Assembly: GCF_009914755.1 (NCBI RefSeq)
Contig: NC_060938.1
Direction: 5' to 3' (one strand)
DNA: 64,000 bases
Source of the DNA: the human T2T-CHM13v2.0 reference genome, Homo sapiens
A model generated the notes under the pieces. The model saw only the letters and a program-made list of their open reading frames with translations. It searched no databases and had not been told where the DNA came from. The first letter of the stretch is position 1; every line of letters begins with the position of its first letter. Positions 13,673-26,700 of the stretch are shown here, piece after piece. A program made the translations under genes and the position numbers.

Positions 13673-15819
13673 GTTTTTTTCGTGTCGGTATTAATGCCTG
13701 GTATAATACCTCGCACACAGAAGGTGTTCCATATATGCCTGCTAAAGAAGTGGCTAGACTAATCAACAATTATGGATGGGAGGGAAGGTTCAGAAAGTTT
13801 GGTGACAATACTGGGAAAAAATGTTGGCACCTGATAATGGTGGACCTGGGATACCAGGCTGAAGAGTTTGAAACTTGCCCTTTTGGCAACAACAGATTTA
13901 TTGGCACCAAGGAATAGTTTTGCTGGATTCCACTTTTGAACTCATCAAATTCCTTGCTTTTCTTTTCCTTGTCTTTTCAATCCTACTGGGACCTCCTCCC
14001 ACCAGTGCCACTTTACTGGAGGCTTGTGATATGTATGACAGGCAGTAAAACCCAAGTGAATCAAGGAAGCCTGTTAAGAGCACTGATTTCTATGATGTCT
14101 CAGTTTGTTAACTAAATTGCAGGTTGTACTGCTTGGCCAGAGACAGCTGACAGGCAACTCTGCCTGAACAAGTAGCATCTCCAAAATGACATGTGCACTT
14201 TAGTTTCATTAGAGGCAGTGGTATCATGATTGCCTGGGCCATTGCAATAAATATGGTGATCATATGTATCCCTTGGGATTTGGGGTTGACAGCATAGTTG
14301 GGCTGCACTAAAGAGTCTTACTCTGACATAAATGACGGCAAAGTAGATCTCTGGGCCCCTCAGCAAGGAGGCAGAAGTTCATGTTGCAAAGAAAGTTCCA
14401 CGGGCCTACTGAAATATTACCAATCAAAATTATAATTTCATTTATTGACAAGTCATATTTAACATTCTTCTAATGTTTTTTCTCACATGCCAATGTCCAA
14501 AAAGCTAAACCATCAGCTGCATGATGCTAAGGCTTTCGGCAGTCAGCAGAAGCAGTGGTAGTTGCGAGCTGGTTATTCAGAGGCAGCTACTGTGCTCCAC
14601 ATAACCATAAAGTGAACATTTTGACATTCCCGAAAATGTACCAACCTCCAAGTCACAAATCCTCTGTAGATGCCTGTGGATTGGCTTTTCAGATCCTCTT
14701 AAAAGCCAATCTGTGGTGGCAGGATTGTCTGAAGAGGGTAGACTTGGGCTTCTGGTACGTTACAGAAGGCATGGTTTCTCCATCTACACTATGCTATAAG
14801 ACAACTGCTCTTCTCTGAAAAGAAACTACTGGAATCACACTTCTTGTAACTTCTCTCTATTCCCTTATTTAGTTGGTGGGATTGGATGAAGGATCTTCAC
14901 ATGTCTAGTGAGACTCCTTTCTTCTCTTCTTCCTATCCAAAGGGCTTTTCTTCCTGGGCTGAGTGTATCCAGGCCTATTTCATCTTTGTAGGAGGCAAAG
15001 GGAAAGAGAAGAGAACTAGAAATTGGTGTAGGCAGACTGATCTGTGGCCAGGTCTAAGTGTTGCCCCAATCCGTTCTCCCATCCAACTCCACAAGCAGTA
15101 AAGTTTGCTGGTCCTTTCATCTATGTCTATTTCTCAATTGGCTTGGATTTCACAATGAAGAGGGCTATGATTTATTGGCCCACTTAAACCTCAACATGGT
15201 AGAGTGGCAATTTTGTTTTTCTGGCTCTTATATTGCAATGAATATTTTTTATTTGACAGTCTGTTATAAACGAAAATAATTTTTTTCACTATCAGTTTCT
15301 ACTCAAAATTAAATGGTAGCTCTAGAATAGTGGCCTGCATTAAATTTTTCTTTATGGTTATAGCCATGCAGATAGATGCATGAACTCAGAGGACTAAAAA
15401 TGTGTTTCCATGTAATTTAAATGTACCTTTCTATACGGAACGGTCTGCTGTCATGCAACTTTCAAATAATGCATTTTATTATCATTATCTTTTCCGGCAT
15501 TGATTAATCCTACTGTTTATTGGCTAAGTGTACATTTCCTATTGGTATGTTTCTGAGTCAAGGTGAAAGCAGTTAATACTTAAGAGTTGAGAAGCAAGTT
15601 TATTTAAATCTAGTCTTTCTTATGAGTCTGCCTAACAGTGATAGATTTTGTTGTTGAGCCACAGTTTATGAAAAGTGCATTAAAACCTCGAGCCGACCCA
15701 TCTCTCTGAAGCAGCAGTTGGGCCATTACATTTTGGCAGGCACTTCAGATGTGTGTATGATTTTATGATCAGGTCTGCTTAATTCATCCCAACTCTTCAA
15801 AGAGGAAGGGAACTAAAAT

Positions 15820-16025
15820 TCCTTGAGCATCTTCTAGTATGTGCTAGATGCCTGCATATGTTGTTTTATCCTCATGACAATCTCTCATGGTAGATAGTAT
15901 TTTTTCAGCATTGAAGGTGAGAAAATTGAGGTTCAGAGAGTTTAAATAATATTGTCAAAAACATATAGGAAGTGATGAAGTTAAGCTTTAAGGCCAGGCC
16001 TGTCTACTCAAAAGCCTGTGATTGT
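15820..16025 (-). mobile_element. MIR SINE
   Basis: GGTGAGAAAATTGAGGTTCAGAGAGTTTAAATAA...AGGCCTGTCTACTCAAAAGCC. Confidence 0.7.
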
Positions 16026-17867
16026 TATATTAAGGGTTAAAAAAACAAAAAAGTTTGCAAGAGACAGACAAGTTATTTGAACGGAATGAAGTATAAGAAA
16101 ACCTGTGCTTTCCTTAATTTTTCTTGAATCCCGTGGCCTTCTCAGTCTATCCTTTATTGAGGTTCAGAGAGGTTGCTACTTATATGGTAGCAAAAGTATT
16201 TCCCTTCCCTACTTACCCTACTATACAAAACAAACAAACAAACAAACAAAAAAAAACCAGAAAACTTGATGATAAATGTCAATCAACACTCAGCCTCTGC
16301 ATCTGATGAGCAACAGAAATTAGCGGGGACTGTGGTGAATTGGAAAACCTGTGCCTTTCTCTCCCAATCAGCTCTGGCTGATTGTCCTACAGAAAATGTT
16401 GGCTCTGTGTTACTAAATCTTACCATTTTTTAAAAGAACAGTCTAGCTGTTCACGAGAGATCTGATCTTAAAATGTTGAAAACTAATTCACATAGAAAAA
16501 TACTATGTAGTACCCACCCCTCAAAAATAAAACTTATGTGAGCACTCGATCCAGCATAAAGTCTCTGAATTTGTAAGTTCTGTATTACACAAGGCAGCTA
16601 ATAAGTAACTACTGGGAAAAATAATTAACAAACAAAAATCAAATCAAAATAATTTTCATTACTCTTCCAATAATTGTGCCTTCCAGATTTAGTACTGTTT
16701 GTGTATTGTGCCTCTCTGTGGTAGAGGCATGACTTCTGGTCCTCTATCTGCCCTTCACAGAGTGGAGATGAGGCCAGTATGCAATGACTACTCAAGTTTT
16801 AGATGTTCTGAGCACTTGTTTCTGTGCTTTCTCTGGATAGATCTGGTAGTTTGGTGAGCAGAGTTGGCGTGGCTCATCAGCAGTCACCCTTTGGCAATGG
16901 AACCAGAAAAGCATCATGCTGTCTGTTAAAGAATGTGTTTATGCTTGTAGCTAGTTTCCTAAGATGTTTGCCTCTAGGTATTTGCCTGCAGAAAGTTTTT
17001 TGAAGTCAATACAAAGTAGAGTGGCAAGCGATGCATCCATGTTTGAGGATTTGGGAAGCATTTTTCTGTATTCTTTCAAGTAAGGCCTGGTCGATAAGTT
17101 TAGCCACACTCAATCTAATTCCTTGTCTGTATCCTTATTATCTCCCCTCCTCTTCTTTAAGTTTTCACTTCCTTCTGACCTTAATCACTCCCTCAATGAA
17201 CCCATAAGTATCACTGAACATGGGTGTCACCAGTTAGCAACAGTAAGATAACCGCTAAATTCTGAAACATGGAAGCTCTAGCATTGCTTGGATGATGTCT
17301 TCCCTGACTGCCTGTGAGCCTCTGGCCAGGATCCGGGGTAAGTGCCTCACAAATCACTGTTCATCTAAACAGCTAAAGCTCTTCTCCTGATGGAAGAGGG
17401 ATACCTACAGCAGAAAGCAAGGGAGTCCACCAGGCACGTTTGGAAAATAAAAGATTTTATTTATATTTATTTTGACTCTATAGTTTCTAAATTCCATAAA
17501 TGAAATTTTGCCATTATCAAGGAAATATTTGCTAGGGAGTATAAGGAAGGCCCTTTGGGTAAGAGAGAAGATATTCTCTAAGCTGTAGCATGTTTATTGT
17601 TTATGAACCTTAAAAATTACTTGTCTGTGTTTGTATATGTTCAGCTCTGAGAGTCTTCCTTAACATTCAAATGTCTCTGTCTTGGCAAAAATTAGTGAGG
17701 TTTTAGAAAGTAGAAAAGCTGGTTGATAGTGTAAGGAATTTTTAGGCCAATTTTCTATTTTTTCCTTCTATAGACTGAATTTTATTTTTATACCAATAGT
17801 TTCAATCTTCTAAACTTCTCCCATTCCTCTTTACTTTCTCAACTGCATCCACTTAAATACATCTTAT

Positions 17868-18066
17868 TGTTTCAGTCAGCCTTGGCTGCTATAACAGAAT
17901 GGCATAGATTGGGTGACTTAAAAACAACAAATATTTATTGCTCCCCATTCTGGAGACTAGGAAGTCCAAGGTCAAGGTGCCAGTCAATTTGGTTTCTGCT
18001 GAGGGTCCATTTCCCGACTGACAGATGGCCACCTTCTTGCTGTATCTTTACATGGAGGAGAGAGAA
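17868..18066 (-). mobile_element. MLT1A-like MaLR LTR fragment
   Basis: GGCTGCTATAACAGAATGGCATAGATTGGGTGACTTAAAAACAAC...GGAAGTCCAAGGTCAAGGTGCCAG. Confidence 0.8.
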
Positions 18067-18084
18067 ATCATGCCTAATGTCTTT

Positions 18085-18265
18085 TCTATCTCCGGGCAGG
18101 TAGTGCAGGAATTGAACTTGGTTGGAGGACATCCAGCTGGTGTCTGCTGCAGATTGCTTGCTTGCTTGCTTGCTTGCTTGATGTGTGGGGAAAAACCTCC
18201 ACACATCTAGCGTCAGAAGCGTGTTGTGAGAGTATAGGAGAAACTGAGTTTGTTTTTTCTACACA
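18085..18265 (+). mobile_element. MER21-like ERV LTR 3' end containing a (TTGC)n microsatellite
   Basis: GGACATCCAGCTGGTGTC...GTGGGGAAAAACCTCCACACAT...GTCAGAAG...TTTGTTTTTTCTACACA; TTGC repeat at about 18153-18180. Confidence 0.65.
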
Positions 18266-21200
18266 GAAGAATTTCCTATCCTGAAGGCCAGGTAATGAAT
18301 CCTCTTTCTCTGGTTACTTGGGCAATTTATCAATGACTGTCTGTGGATATTTATTTGGAAATATTATATGGGAACGTTCCTTCATTTTTTATATCTCAAT
18401 TTAGGAAACCATGTGCTTCTTTCTCATTTCTCTTTTGTCCCCATCAGCGATCTATATTTTTTTAAATTGTTATTAGAAACATCTCTTATTTAATCTCCAT
18501 CATCACCCAACAAGCTCAGCAATGTGACTTTGTCTTACGGATGAGGAAACTGGGTGCAGAGTATTTGTGGCTTTCCCCAAAACCTGCAGTAAGTGAACAA
18601 CTAGAATTATATCCAAGCCTTCTGATTCAAATGCAGTTGCCCTATGCACCACACCAAAGTATCGTTTACACTCTTGAGGGCTAAAGAATGCCAGATGTAT
18701 TTATCTAACTTCTGATGTGCCTCCCAAAATGCCCTATACAGAGGATAGGATCAATACACACTTGATTTCAAAATTTCTATGACTTGATTCTACTTACACA
18801 TCTTATTGATTTGGAGAAATAAAGGTACTTCTTGGGGGAAAACATGACTACATGTTAAAATTCTGAATTTGGCAAGTCTAGTGCAAACTGAAATGGATGG
18901 TGGTTGAAGTACAGCCAACTCATGGTGGTCCAAAAGACTGTGGTGAGGGGATGGCCTCCCAAGAGGCAGGGATTGAGCCCTACACTGACCAGAAATCACT
19001 GCATTACAGAATAATGGAGAAGGCAAGACAATGAAACTGAGTTTCTCTGAAAGCTTGGCATCTTGGATATTTCAAAGATTAAAGTTGTATTTAATGGGAA
19101 TCACGTGGTTCAATTAACTGGTAATAGGATGGATCAGTGTCCACCTCTAGGACTTCAATTTGAGTCTAATCCAAACACAGAAGCAGAGTAGGTTGAAGCC
19201 CTTGGTAATGAACACTAAGCCTTTCACCTCCCGGTCCACAGAGAAAGTTCCTCTCAGGCCACAGAGGCCTGCTGGCAATTTTCCTGAAGACAGTTTGGTA
19301 GACTATGTGAAACAAGTGAACAGCTATGGTCACCTGAGAGGTAGTGGTACTCTACATTTTCAAAAGTTCTCTCCCAAAGCAAAACCATAGCAAAAATTGA
19401 AAAGCAGTAAATGAACCATGGATGGAGATATTGCACTATGCACTTGTCTTGCTAGCAGAAGAATGCAAAGGTGCTTTCACCATTGTGTCAGATGCTTGGC
19501 TGAACATTTATTAAACTTTTGATATGGAGGAAGACATAGAACATAAAGATGCATTTTCTTCCCTCACAATGCTCATGGTGTGACAGGAAAAAAAAAGAAT
19601 TGTTCCATTAAAAAAACATTGAAATGAATCAACACAAACTGATGTTATTATTGAATAGATAATGGAGAGATTGTGGGATAATTAGAGAATAAATCTGGTT
19701 ATCAAAGATGTCTCTGGAAGGCACGTGTGTAAAGTTGTTTTCAGCTCTGTACACCTGTGCACACTGGCCAGGAAAGCTGGACCTTCTGCAGAGAAAACTG
19801 TCTTCTCCAGATAGGAAAGTGTACCTCATTGAGCTTTGGGCTAGGCCAGAGCTAGAAGATCTTTCCTGTGTTTGGGTCATTCCTAGATCAGTGATCCCTA
19901 ATGACCAGTTCCATTTCCTAAAGCTAATGTTGACTCTAGATCTTTCTGACATTTGATTCATGCTGGAATCCATAGTTTGTTTTGAGTCAGGTCTATAATA
20001 GATTCATATTCCTGAGAGGCTTCCTATTGAAAGTGAAGACTCAGGATTCCACTGACTGTTCTGCCACTGTTTAAGGACGATATTACAGTTGGATTATAGA
20101 TGACCTCCAGTGGACACAGAGGTGCTTAGATTCTACTGAGCCACCATTACTTTGCCTAAAAGAAAATAAGAGGGTCAAAGGGACTAACTTTTGTGTAAGT
20201 TTTAAGGTTTTATTCAAACACAAACACACACAATCACACACACATTTACATGGCAACATATCTACAAATAACTATTTCTCTAGCATTATGTTCCTCAGCC
20301 TCTTGAATGACATCATTTACCTTCGTCATGTTAATGAACAAAATTGTAGCTCACTCATAAAGAAGAGAGAGAAGAATGTTTGTGCCCTTTAAATGTCAAA
20401 AAATAAATGCTTCTTCATATTGTGTATGAGTTCACTATAAACTCATGGATAATTTGTGTATCTGAAGCTCTGACCGGCTTCCAGAGGGCTTACAGTGCCT
20501 GCCATATCTTAGGGGAACAATGACCTCATGCTGTTCCAGGGACATTTCTATTTCTCCATTTGGCTGAAACTTACTCACTTTATACTTTGGTAGGGATACT
20601 GAATTCAAGTAAATTAAAATTAGGAGATGTGTTCTCTAATTATTCTATCGAAAGAGCACATAGCTTTGAAATAATTCTCAATGCTAGTATGGTGGACTCT
20701 TTTCAAAAGGTATGAGTCAGCTCCCTGTGACATGTTTTCCAGTGTCTGCTTGGGGTCACCTTTACTAATTTCATCAGGACTGAGGGAAAGCACTTTCCTT
20801 TTCATATTTCTGCTTGGGTGTCCAGATCATTCTCCCCTACAGAGGCTTTGATGCTGTCATGGAGGTCATAGGGCCGGCCTTTTTTCGAAGTACTGGAGCT
20901 TTTTAAATTTCACTTTTTAAAAAATTTTTGTTGCTTTTATTATGGTGGTTGGGGGTAAGTAAGGACCCACCTTTTGAATTAGAATTACTGATCTTATCCA
21001 AGAGAGAATGTTGTAGTGGGTGATAGTTGACGAAGAAGAGAACCATAAAATATCACCTGGATGAAAGACCTAACTGCAGCACTATCTCCAGGACACACAC
21101 ACACACACCAGAGTCCCCACGTGCAGACAGGCACTGCTGATATATTACAGTCTGTTGGCCATTTTGTTTATGATAACTAGGAAAGGAAAAATGAGCCCTT

Positions 21201-21796
21201 ATTTCAGTGTGTTCATCCCAAGATGATGACACAGTAGATTCCCCTTGCAGGTAAACCGAGAGAGCTCAGTTAATCACCATTTATCACTCAAGTGACTCAA
21301 GTATTTTGCAGATGCATTGGAGCCCTGGAGACTGAGATATTCATTGGGCTGCAATGCTATTCTCTTTTCTCATTCCATCTAATATAATAAAATAAACTCA
21401 AATCCTAACATCAGAGTGATGTGTGCTATCTTTTAGAGTCCCAAGCCTTTAAAATGTATTTGATTCACTCCCATAGAACTAGATACATTTTCCAAACGAA
21501 ATGTGATATCATTACAATTTTAATGACTTATAACTTTGCTCCATCTCCTCCATTACCAGACTATTCCTAGCTACTACCATCTTTTGCCAGAAGCCTCTAA
21601 TTTATTTCTCTGCATCTGCAGCTGACCTCCTTCAAACAGTGTTATTTTGAGTTGATTTTAGTATATAAACCACTCTCAGTGGGATCTAAGATAGATTAGT
21701 TTATGCCTAATTGAGTGAGCTTTTGTAGATCCTCTTATTTTATATAACTTATTAGAAAATATCTAAGATATATTGTTCTATTTGCCAAATAATAAT

Positions 21797-22232
21797 TGTG
21801 AATCAGGTTCATTGTACACTGGTTACCAATATGCCTGAGCCTAGTGAGAGAGAACACCCCCACACACAAGTCACATATAGGCAGTAAAGGACAGCAGAAG
21901 CTGGGGAATCATTTTGAGCTCATTCTCCAAGGCTCAGGAAAGCTGCCTATGGCAAATGGAATCCACCTGTGCACGTACTGCACCTAAGGGACCTTGGAAA
22001 GTACCCCACTCTGGGTTTTATACCCCAGGGGCAATATGACTCAATAAGCTGAAGTGTTGAAGGACATCCTGTTCTGGTAGGAAGTGGAACAGAGACTTGG
22101 CTATTCCAGCCAGTTCCTCCTTATCTGAGAATGTTACATTTCTGGTATATTCTTTAGTTATTTTTGAGAACTACAAGTGAGAAAAGAACACAAACCAGGT
22201 TGGTCCGAGGCTACCTAGAGAACTTTCTTCCA
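21797..22232 (-). mobile_element. MER54-like ERVL solo LTR
   Basis: TG...CA ends; CTGGGTTTTATACCCCAGGGG (TATA on minus strand), TTGAAGGACATCCTGTT, TTGAGAACTACAAG, GGTCCGAGGCTACCTAGAGAACT. Confidence 0.7.
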
Positions 22233-22354
22233 ATAGGTGAATGAGCAGGTATGTTACAGGTTCCTCATTTGATCCTCCCACCCTATTTGAGTTATTCTGA
22301 CCACTTGTACATCAACTATTGATTAAAATCTGAAAAAAGAAAATCATAGGTGAC

Positions 22355-22416
22355 CTTAAATTAAACTTAAATTAAACTTAAAAAAAAAAACTTAAAAAAA
22401 ATTAAACTTAAAAAAA
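22355..22416. repeat. Degenerate (CTTAAATTAAA)n / A-rich tandem array
   Basis: CTTAAATTAAA CTTAAATTAAA CTT-A11 CTT-A8-TTAAA CTT-A7. Confidence 0.85.
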
Positions 22417-22429
22417 GTTCCACAACGAA

Positions 22430-22646
22430 CAGGGGTCAGCAACTTTTTCTGTAAAGGGCCAGAAAGTAAATATTTTAGGCTTGTAGGCCACATGATCTCT
22501 GTTGCAGCTACTCATGTCTGCTGTTGTAGCATGGAAGCAGCCAAAGATAATAATACATCAATGAATGAGTCCAGCCGTGTCCCAATAAAACTTTATTTAT
22601 AAAAACAGGGAACAATTATATTTGGCACACAGTTTGCTGATCTCTG
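22430..22646 (+). mobile_element. MER58A hAT-Charlie MITE
   Basis: TIRs CAGGGGTCAGCAA ... TTTGCTGATCTCTG; internal TAAAGGGCCAG, CCAATAAAACTTTATTT. Confidence 0.88.
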
Positions 22647-23698
22647 CTCTAGGCCAATCTATCTCCTCCAACTTTTGCATATTCATACCTCAAACATATC
22701 ATAAAAAACTGCCACAATCTAAACCGTATTATCTGATGACCCTAAGTACTAAATCTCTCCATTCTGAAATGTGTATATTAATTTTTTTTCAGGTAGAGAA
22801 TGGTATAGAATTTAGACAGGGAATTTATCTGAGGGATTGACTGAAAATGCCTTACTTATGAAAAAAGAGTTCTTGGTTGGTGTTTATTATTCATGTAGGT
22901 CCGTTTACCTTGAAGCCATAATGCTAATATAGCCTGTCATTTGGAAGTTAGATAAATAGTAAAGCACTTTAAAGAATCACTAAAAGTTTCCTCACAACCA
23001 CAGAATAGGTCTTGGAGGGTTACTCACGCTTTGCTGATCTCTCATTTATAGAGGAGCAGCTGCTCATTTTTGGCCTAGAATATCCACCTCTAAGAGAAGA
23101 AATTTCTCCTTTGCATCCTGTTCAGAGCTGATCATGCATATTCTTGGAAACTGACTAAAATGACCTAGTCTGTAGTAAAGTAACTAATTTAGAGTTGGGA
23201 CTATCAACTAATGTTATTTTGCCAGAGGAGATGAATGAAAAGACTTCCTTAGGGACTAGCAGCAATCAGTCAGTAGGGAACAGGGTTACCAAGACCAGAT
23301 GGAGAAAATGGCATAGGACATGTGTATTAGACCTGCCACTTTCTGGCTCTGTGAGCATGCATTTCAAAGTTTATACCTGCAAAGTGGGCATTTGACTGAC
23401 AGAGTAGGGGACAGTCGGAGAGCTTATCGATACATACTTATTGCTCTCCTTGTGTTCTGTTTGCTGGAACACAATTTTAGATCAAATATTTAAAAATTCA
23501 CACGTGCGTGCTCATGGCTGTGCACTCATGTGCATGTGTGCCTGTTGTGTGCGTGCATATATACCATACAGAAAAGTACTGTCTGGAGAATACATTAGAC
23601 TATGCATGTAAATGTGTGTAGAATGTTTTTCTTTTTTTTCATGCAATACATGCTCTATGGATATTTGTTAAGTGACTGAAGTTTTGCACTCCCTGGTG

Positions 23699-23890
23699 CA
23701 GTTTCTCAATAGTGGCACTATTGATATTAGAGCCAGCTATTTCTTTGTTGTGTATCATTGTATATTTAGCAGCATGCGTGGCCTCGACCCACTAGATTCT
23801 AGAAGCACTCCACTTCAGTTGTGACAGCCAAAAATGTCTCCAGACATTGCCAAATGTCCCTGGAGATAAGCATCCCTGTTGAAATCACTG
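23699..23890 (+). mobile_element. MER20 hAT element
   Basis: GGCACTATTGATATT...TTTAGCAGCAT...GTTGTGACAGCCAAAAATGTCTCCAGACATTGCCAAATGTCCC; strand uncertain. Confidence 0.85.
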
Positions 23891-23920
23891 CCTTAGTGAA
23901 CCAAGACATTAATGTAAGAA

Positions 23921-24110
23921 AGTGGTTCCTAAACTTTAGCATCTGAATCAATCACCTTAAGTTCTTGTGAAAATACATGTTACTGGGCCTCACACTAGAG
24001 TTTCTGATTCAGAGGGTCTTGCACTAGCACTAGACCCAACAATTTACATGTCTAATGAGTCCGCTGGTGATACTGCTGCTGGGGGTCTTAGAACCTCACT
24101 TTGTAAGCAC
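23921..24110. mobile_element. MER5A hAT element
   Basis: AGTGGTTCCTAAACTTTAG...AGAGTTTCTGATTCAG...GGTGATACTGCTGCTG...CACTTTG. Confidence 0.8.
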
Positions 24111-26334
24111 ATAAGTAAGGTGTAAGATGTTCTGGAAAAATTCCAGATGAGTTAAAATGTGTTTCCTCATTTCAAGGACTGTAATGTTTGTTGTTAGTGT
24201 GAGCACAGGGCTTAAGGTTTCTTTATGAAGACCACTGGGTGGTTCCTCACAGCTGTGGTTGAGATTTAGCGGGGAAACCGGACGTTTATGGGAGACGTTC
24301 AGTCTGTACTGGATTTTAGTCAGCACTGCCCTGCCAGCTGTCACCTGAGTCCTGCCAGGAGACTGCTCCAGGTCTTGGCACAGGGCTGGGGCACCTATGG
24401 AAATGAACTTGAAGTTTGCCTTGCAGTCAAACTTAACTACCAAATAAACCAGCATGACATTGGGGTCTGTGAATGAGAAGTGGATGTTCCGAGTAGATTT
24501 GAAGGACGTGATGACTCAGGATGCCAGTTGTGACTGGTGACTTAGAGCCGTGGTAGCTTTGACTTGCATCTTATTTACTTGCATCGGCTGTCTTGTCCTT
24601 CCTTGCTTCTCGCCTTTTCAGGTCATGGTTCCTGATGTCCTAAGCTGTCATCCCTACTCTCTCTCTCTCTTTTTTTTTTTTTTTGCTTGGAGTCAGAGAT
24701 GGAGCTGTCTCGAGCTATTTATCAGTCTTATCTCTCTGCGCCCTCTGTTAGCATTTCAGACTGTGGATCTAATCCACTTTAATTGATTGACCTCGTGCAA
24801 CCAGACATCAGTAAAACACCAGGTGAAGCACAACTGCAGCCAGGGGAGAGGTGGATGTAACTTTCCTGGTTGGGTGCAAAGTTCGCTGAGGCCTATAAAG
24901 ATTTAGAAAAGGAGAAATAGTTTTCAAGCCATTTAATATGAATTTTCTAGGGACAATGTATACAGATCCCAGAGTCGATGACCTTGACTGGGAGACAGTC
25001 GTTGTAAATAGAGCAGTATCCTATAGGGAGTGTGCAAATGCCTCTGACTCACCTGTCATCCATATTAGTACTATTTCTCAGCTAGCATCACTATTATCAC
25101 CATCTCCAAACCCATCATTAACATATTTTTACATCATTGTTTGTAGATACCTTCAGAATTTGCCAAGATTTTATTTATTTCTCTTAATAAGTACTATTTA
25201 ACACAAGTATTATTGTTGCTCTTGTCTTCGTTATCGTTTTTCTAGACAAAGCTTGAGCCATGGATAGTTGAGGGACCTGCTCAAGATCACATGGAAAAAA
25301 TAATGTGGAGCCTCAATCAGTCCCAATTCTTTTGATTCTAAATCTCAAATTCTTCTAGAACACAAAGTAGACATTTTCCTCTCCCCTGCTTTTCCTGCCA
25401 CAGCCACACTTGAGCTTCTCAAGGGGAGGGGACTGGGTCATTGTCATGAGGTGATCATGGACTTTGAAAGATCTTCAAGCTCTACAGCCGTGGTCTTGTC
25501 AGTTTGGGTGATTTCTGAAAGGCATCTTCTCTGATTTAGATTTTTCAACGGAGAGACCTGGTCTCTTACCTCTCTTGAAATACCTTAATAATGAAGTGCT
25601 TACTCTGTGCTTATAAACCAACAACTGTCCAGAGTGTAGAACAAGAAGACCATAATGTTGAAAGAGTAGAGACTAATGATCTTCACTGAAAGACACTTAA
25701 TAGCCACAAAAAGAGCGCAAATTATGTTCTACTGAGTTCAATGTTTTATTCTAAAGAACTGCAGTAAAAGCCTCTGTTAGTCAAAGTCAAAATTGATCAA
25801 TCAGGTAAGCTGTAACTCATCTTTTTGTATTTTACAGATGCATTTATAAAGCATAGTGAGATGTTTTGCCTAAGATTTATTGCACAAAATTTGAATATGG
25901 TAGCAATGATTTATTTTATCCTATAATACTGAAATCATATTTGGTCTCTTATGGTACAAAAAAGATTCTTCTAATTTTTTTAAAATCACAACCACACATT
26001 CTAATTCATCATTTATTCATTTCCATATCCATTAATTTAACAAACATTTACTGAGCTCATGTTAGGATACTTACATTTAAAATACTCACAATTAGGCTAA
26101 GTGGACAGATAAGTTAGGCCTACATAAAATATGTAATATGTAACACATGTATTTCTGTTATAGAAATAACTCAATTGTAACATGTAAAAGCTGTGATTGT
26201 CGAAAATGCATGGATTTTAGAGTCAGACCTGGATTCTATTTTTCCATAAGTCTCTTATTGTGTGAATTCTCTTGTAATTAATTGTAAGAATTTGAATATA
26301 CTTCTATTATAAAAATATTTACTGAGCACCTATT

Positions 26335-26700
26335 CTGTCCATTTAGGTAGCCTGGTTTATGTTGCAGTGACAAAAGCCTCAAACACTTGGTGCTATAAAG
26401 CAACCAAGCTTTGTTTCTCAGCCATCTGCATGTCCGTAGCAAGTTGGCTTATTGCCATCCTCACTCAATGACCCAGAATGACAAAGAAGCCGCTACCAGG
26501 AGTTTGCTGGGTGCAGTGGTTGACAACAAATGAGAGAACTCTCGTGGGTCTCACACCAGCAACTAAATGCATGGCTCAGGAATGATACTCAATTTATCAG
26601 TTAACACTGTTCTTTTGGCCCAACCCATCACAACGAGACCCAAAAGTCCTCTCTTACTACAACCCTATAATGGAGGAGAACTAGGAAAGTGTGGTAAACA
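26335..26700 (-). mobile_element. Old MLT1 (I/J-like) LTR fragment
   Basis: GGTTTATGTTGCAGTGACAAA...TTTGTTTCTCA...CATCCTCACTC..GACCCAG. Confidence 0.55.

Noticed and set aside
22760-22800. TTTTTTTTCAG|GTAGAG acceptor/donor overlap
   Set aside because: Regenerated donor GTAGAG is poor and no exon structure was found; such motifs are expected by chance in AT-rich introns
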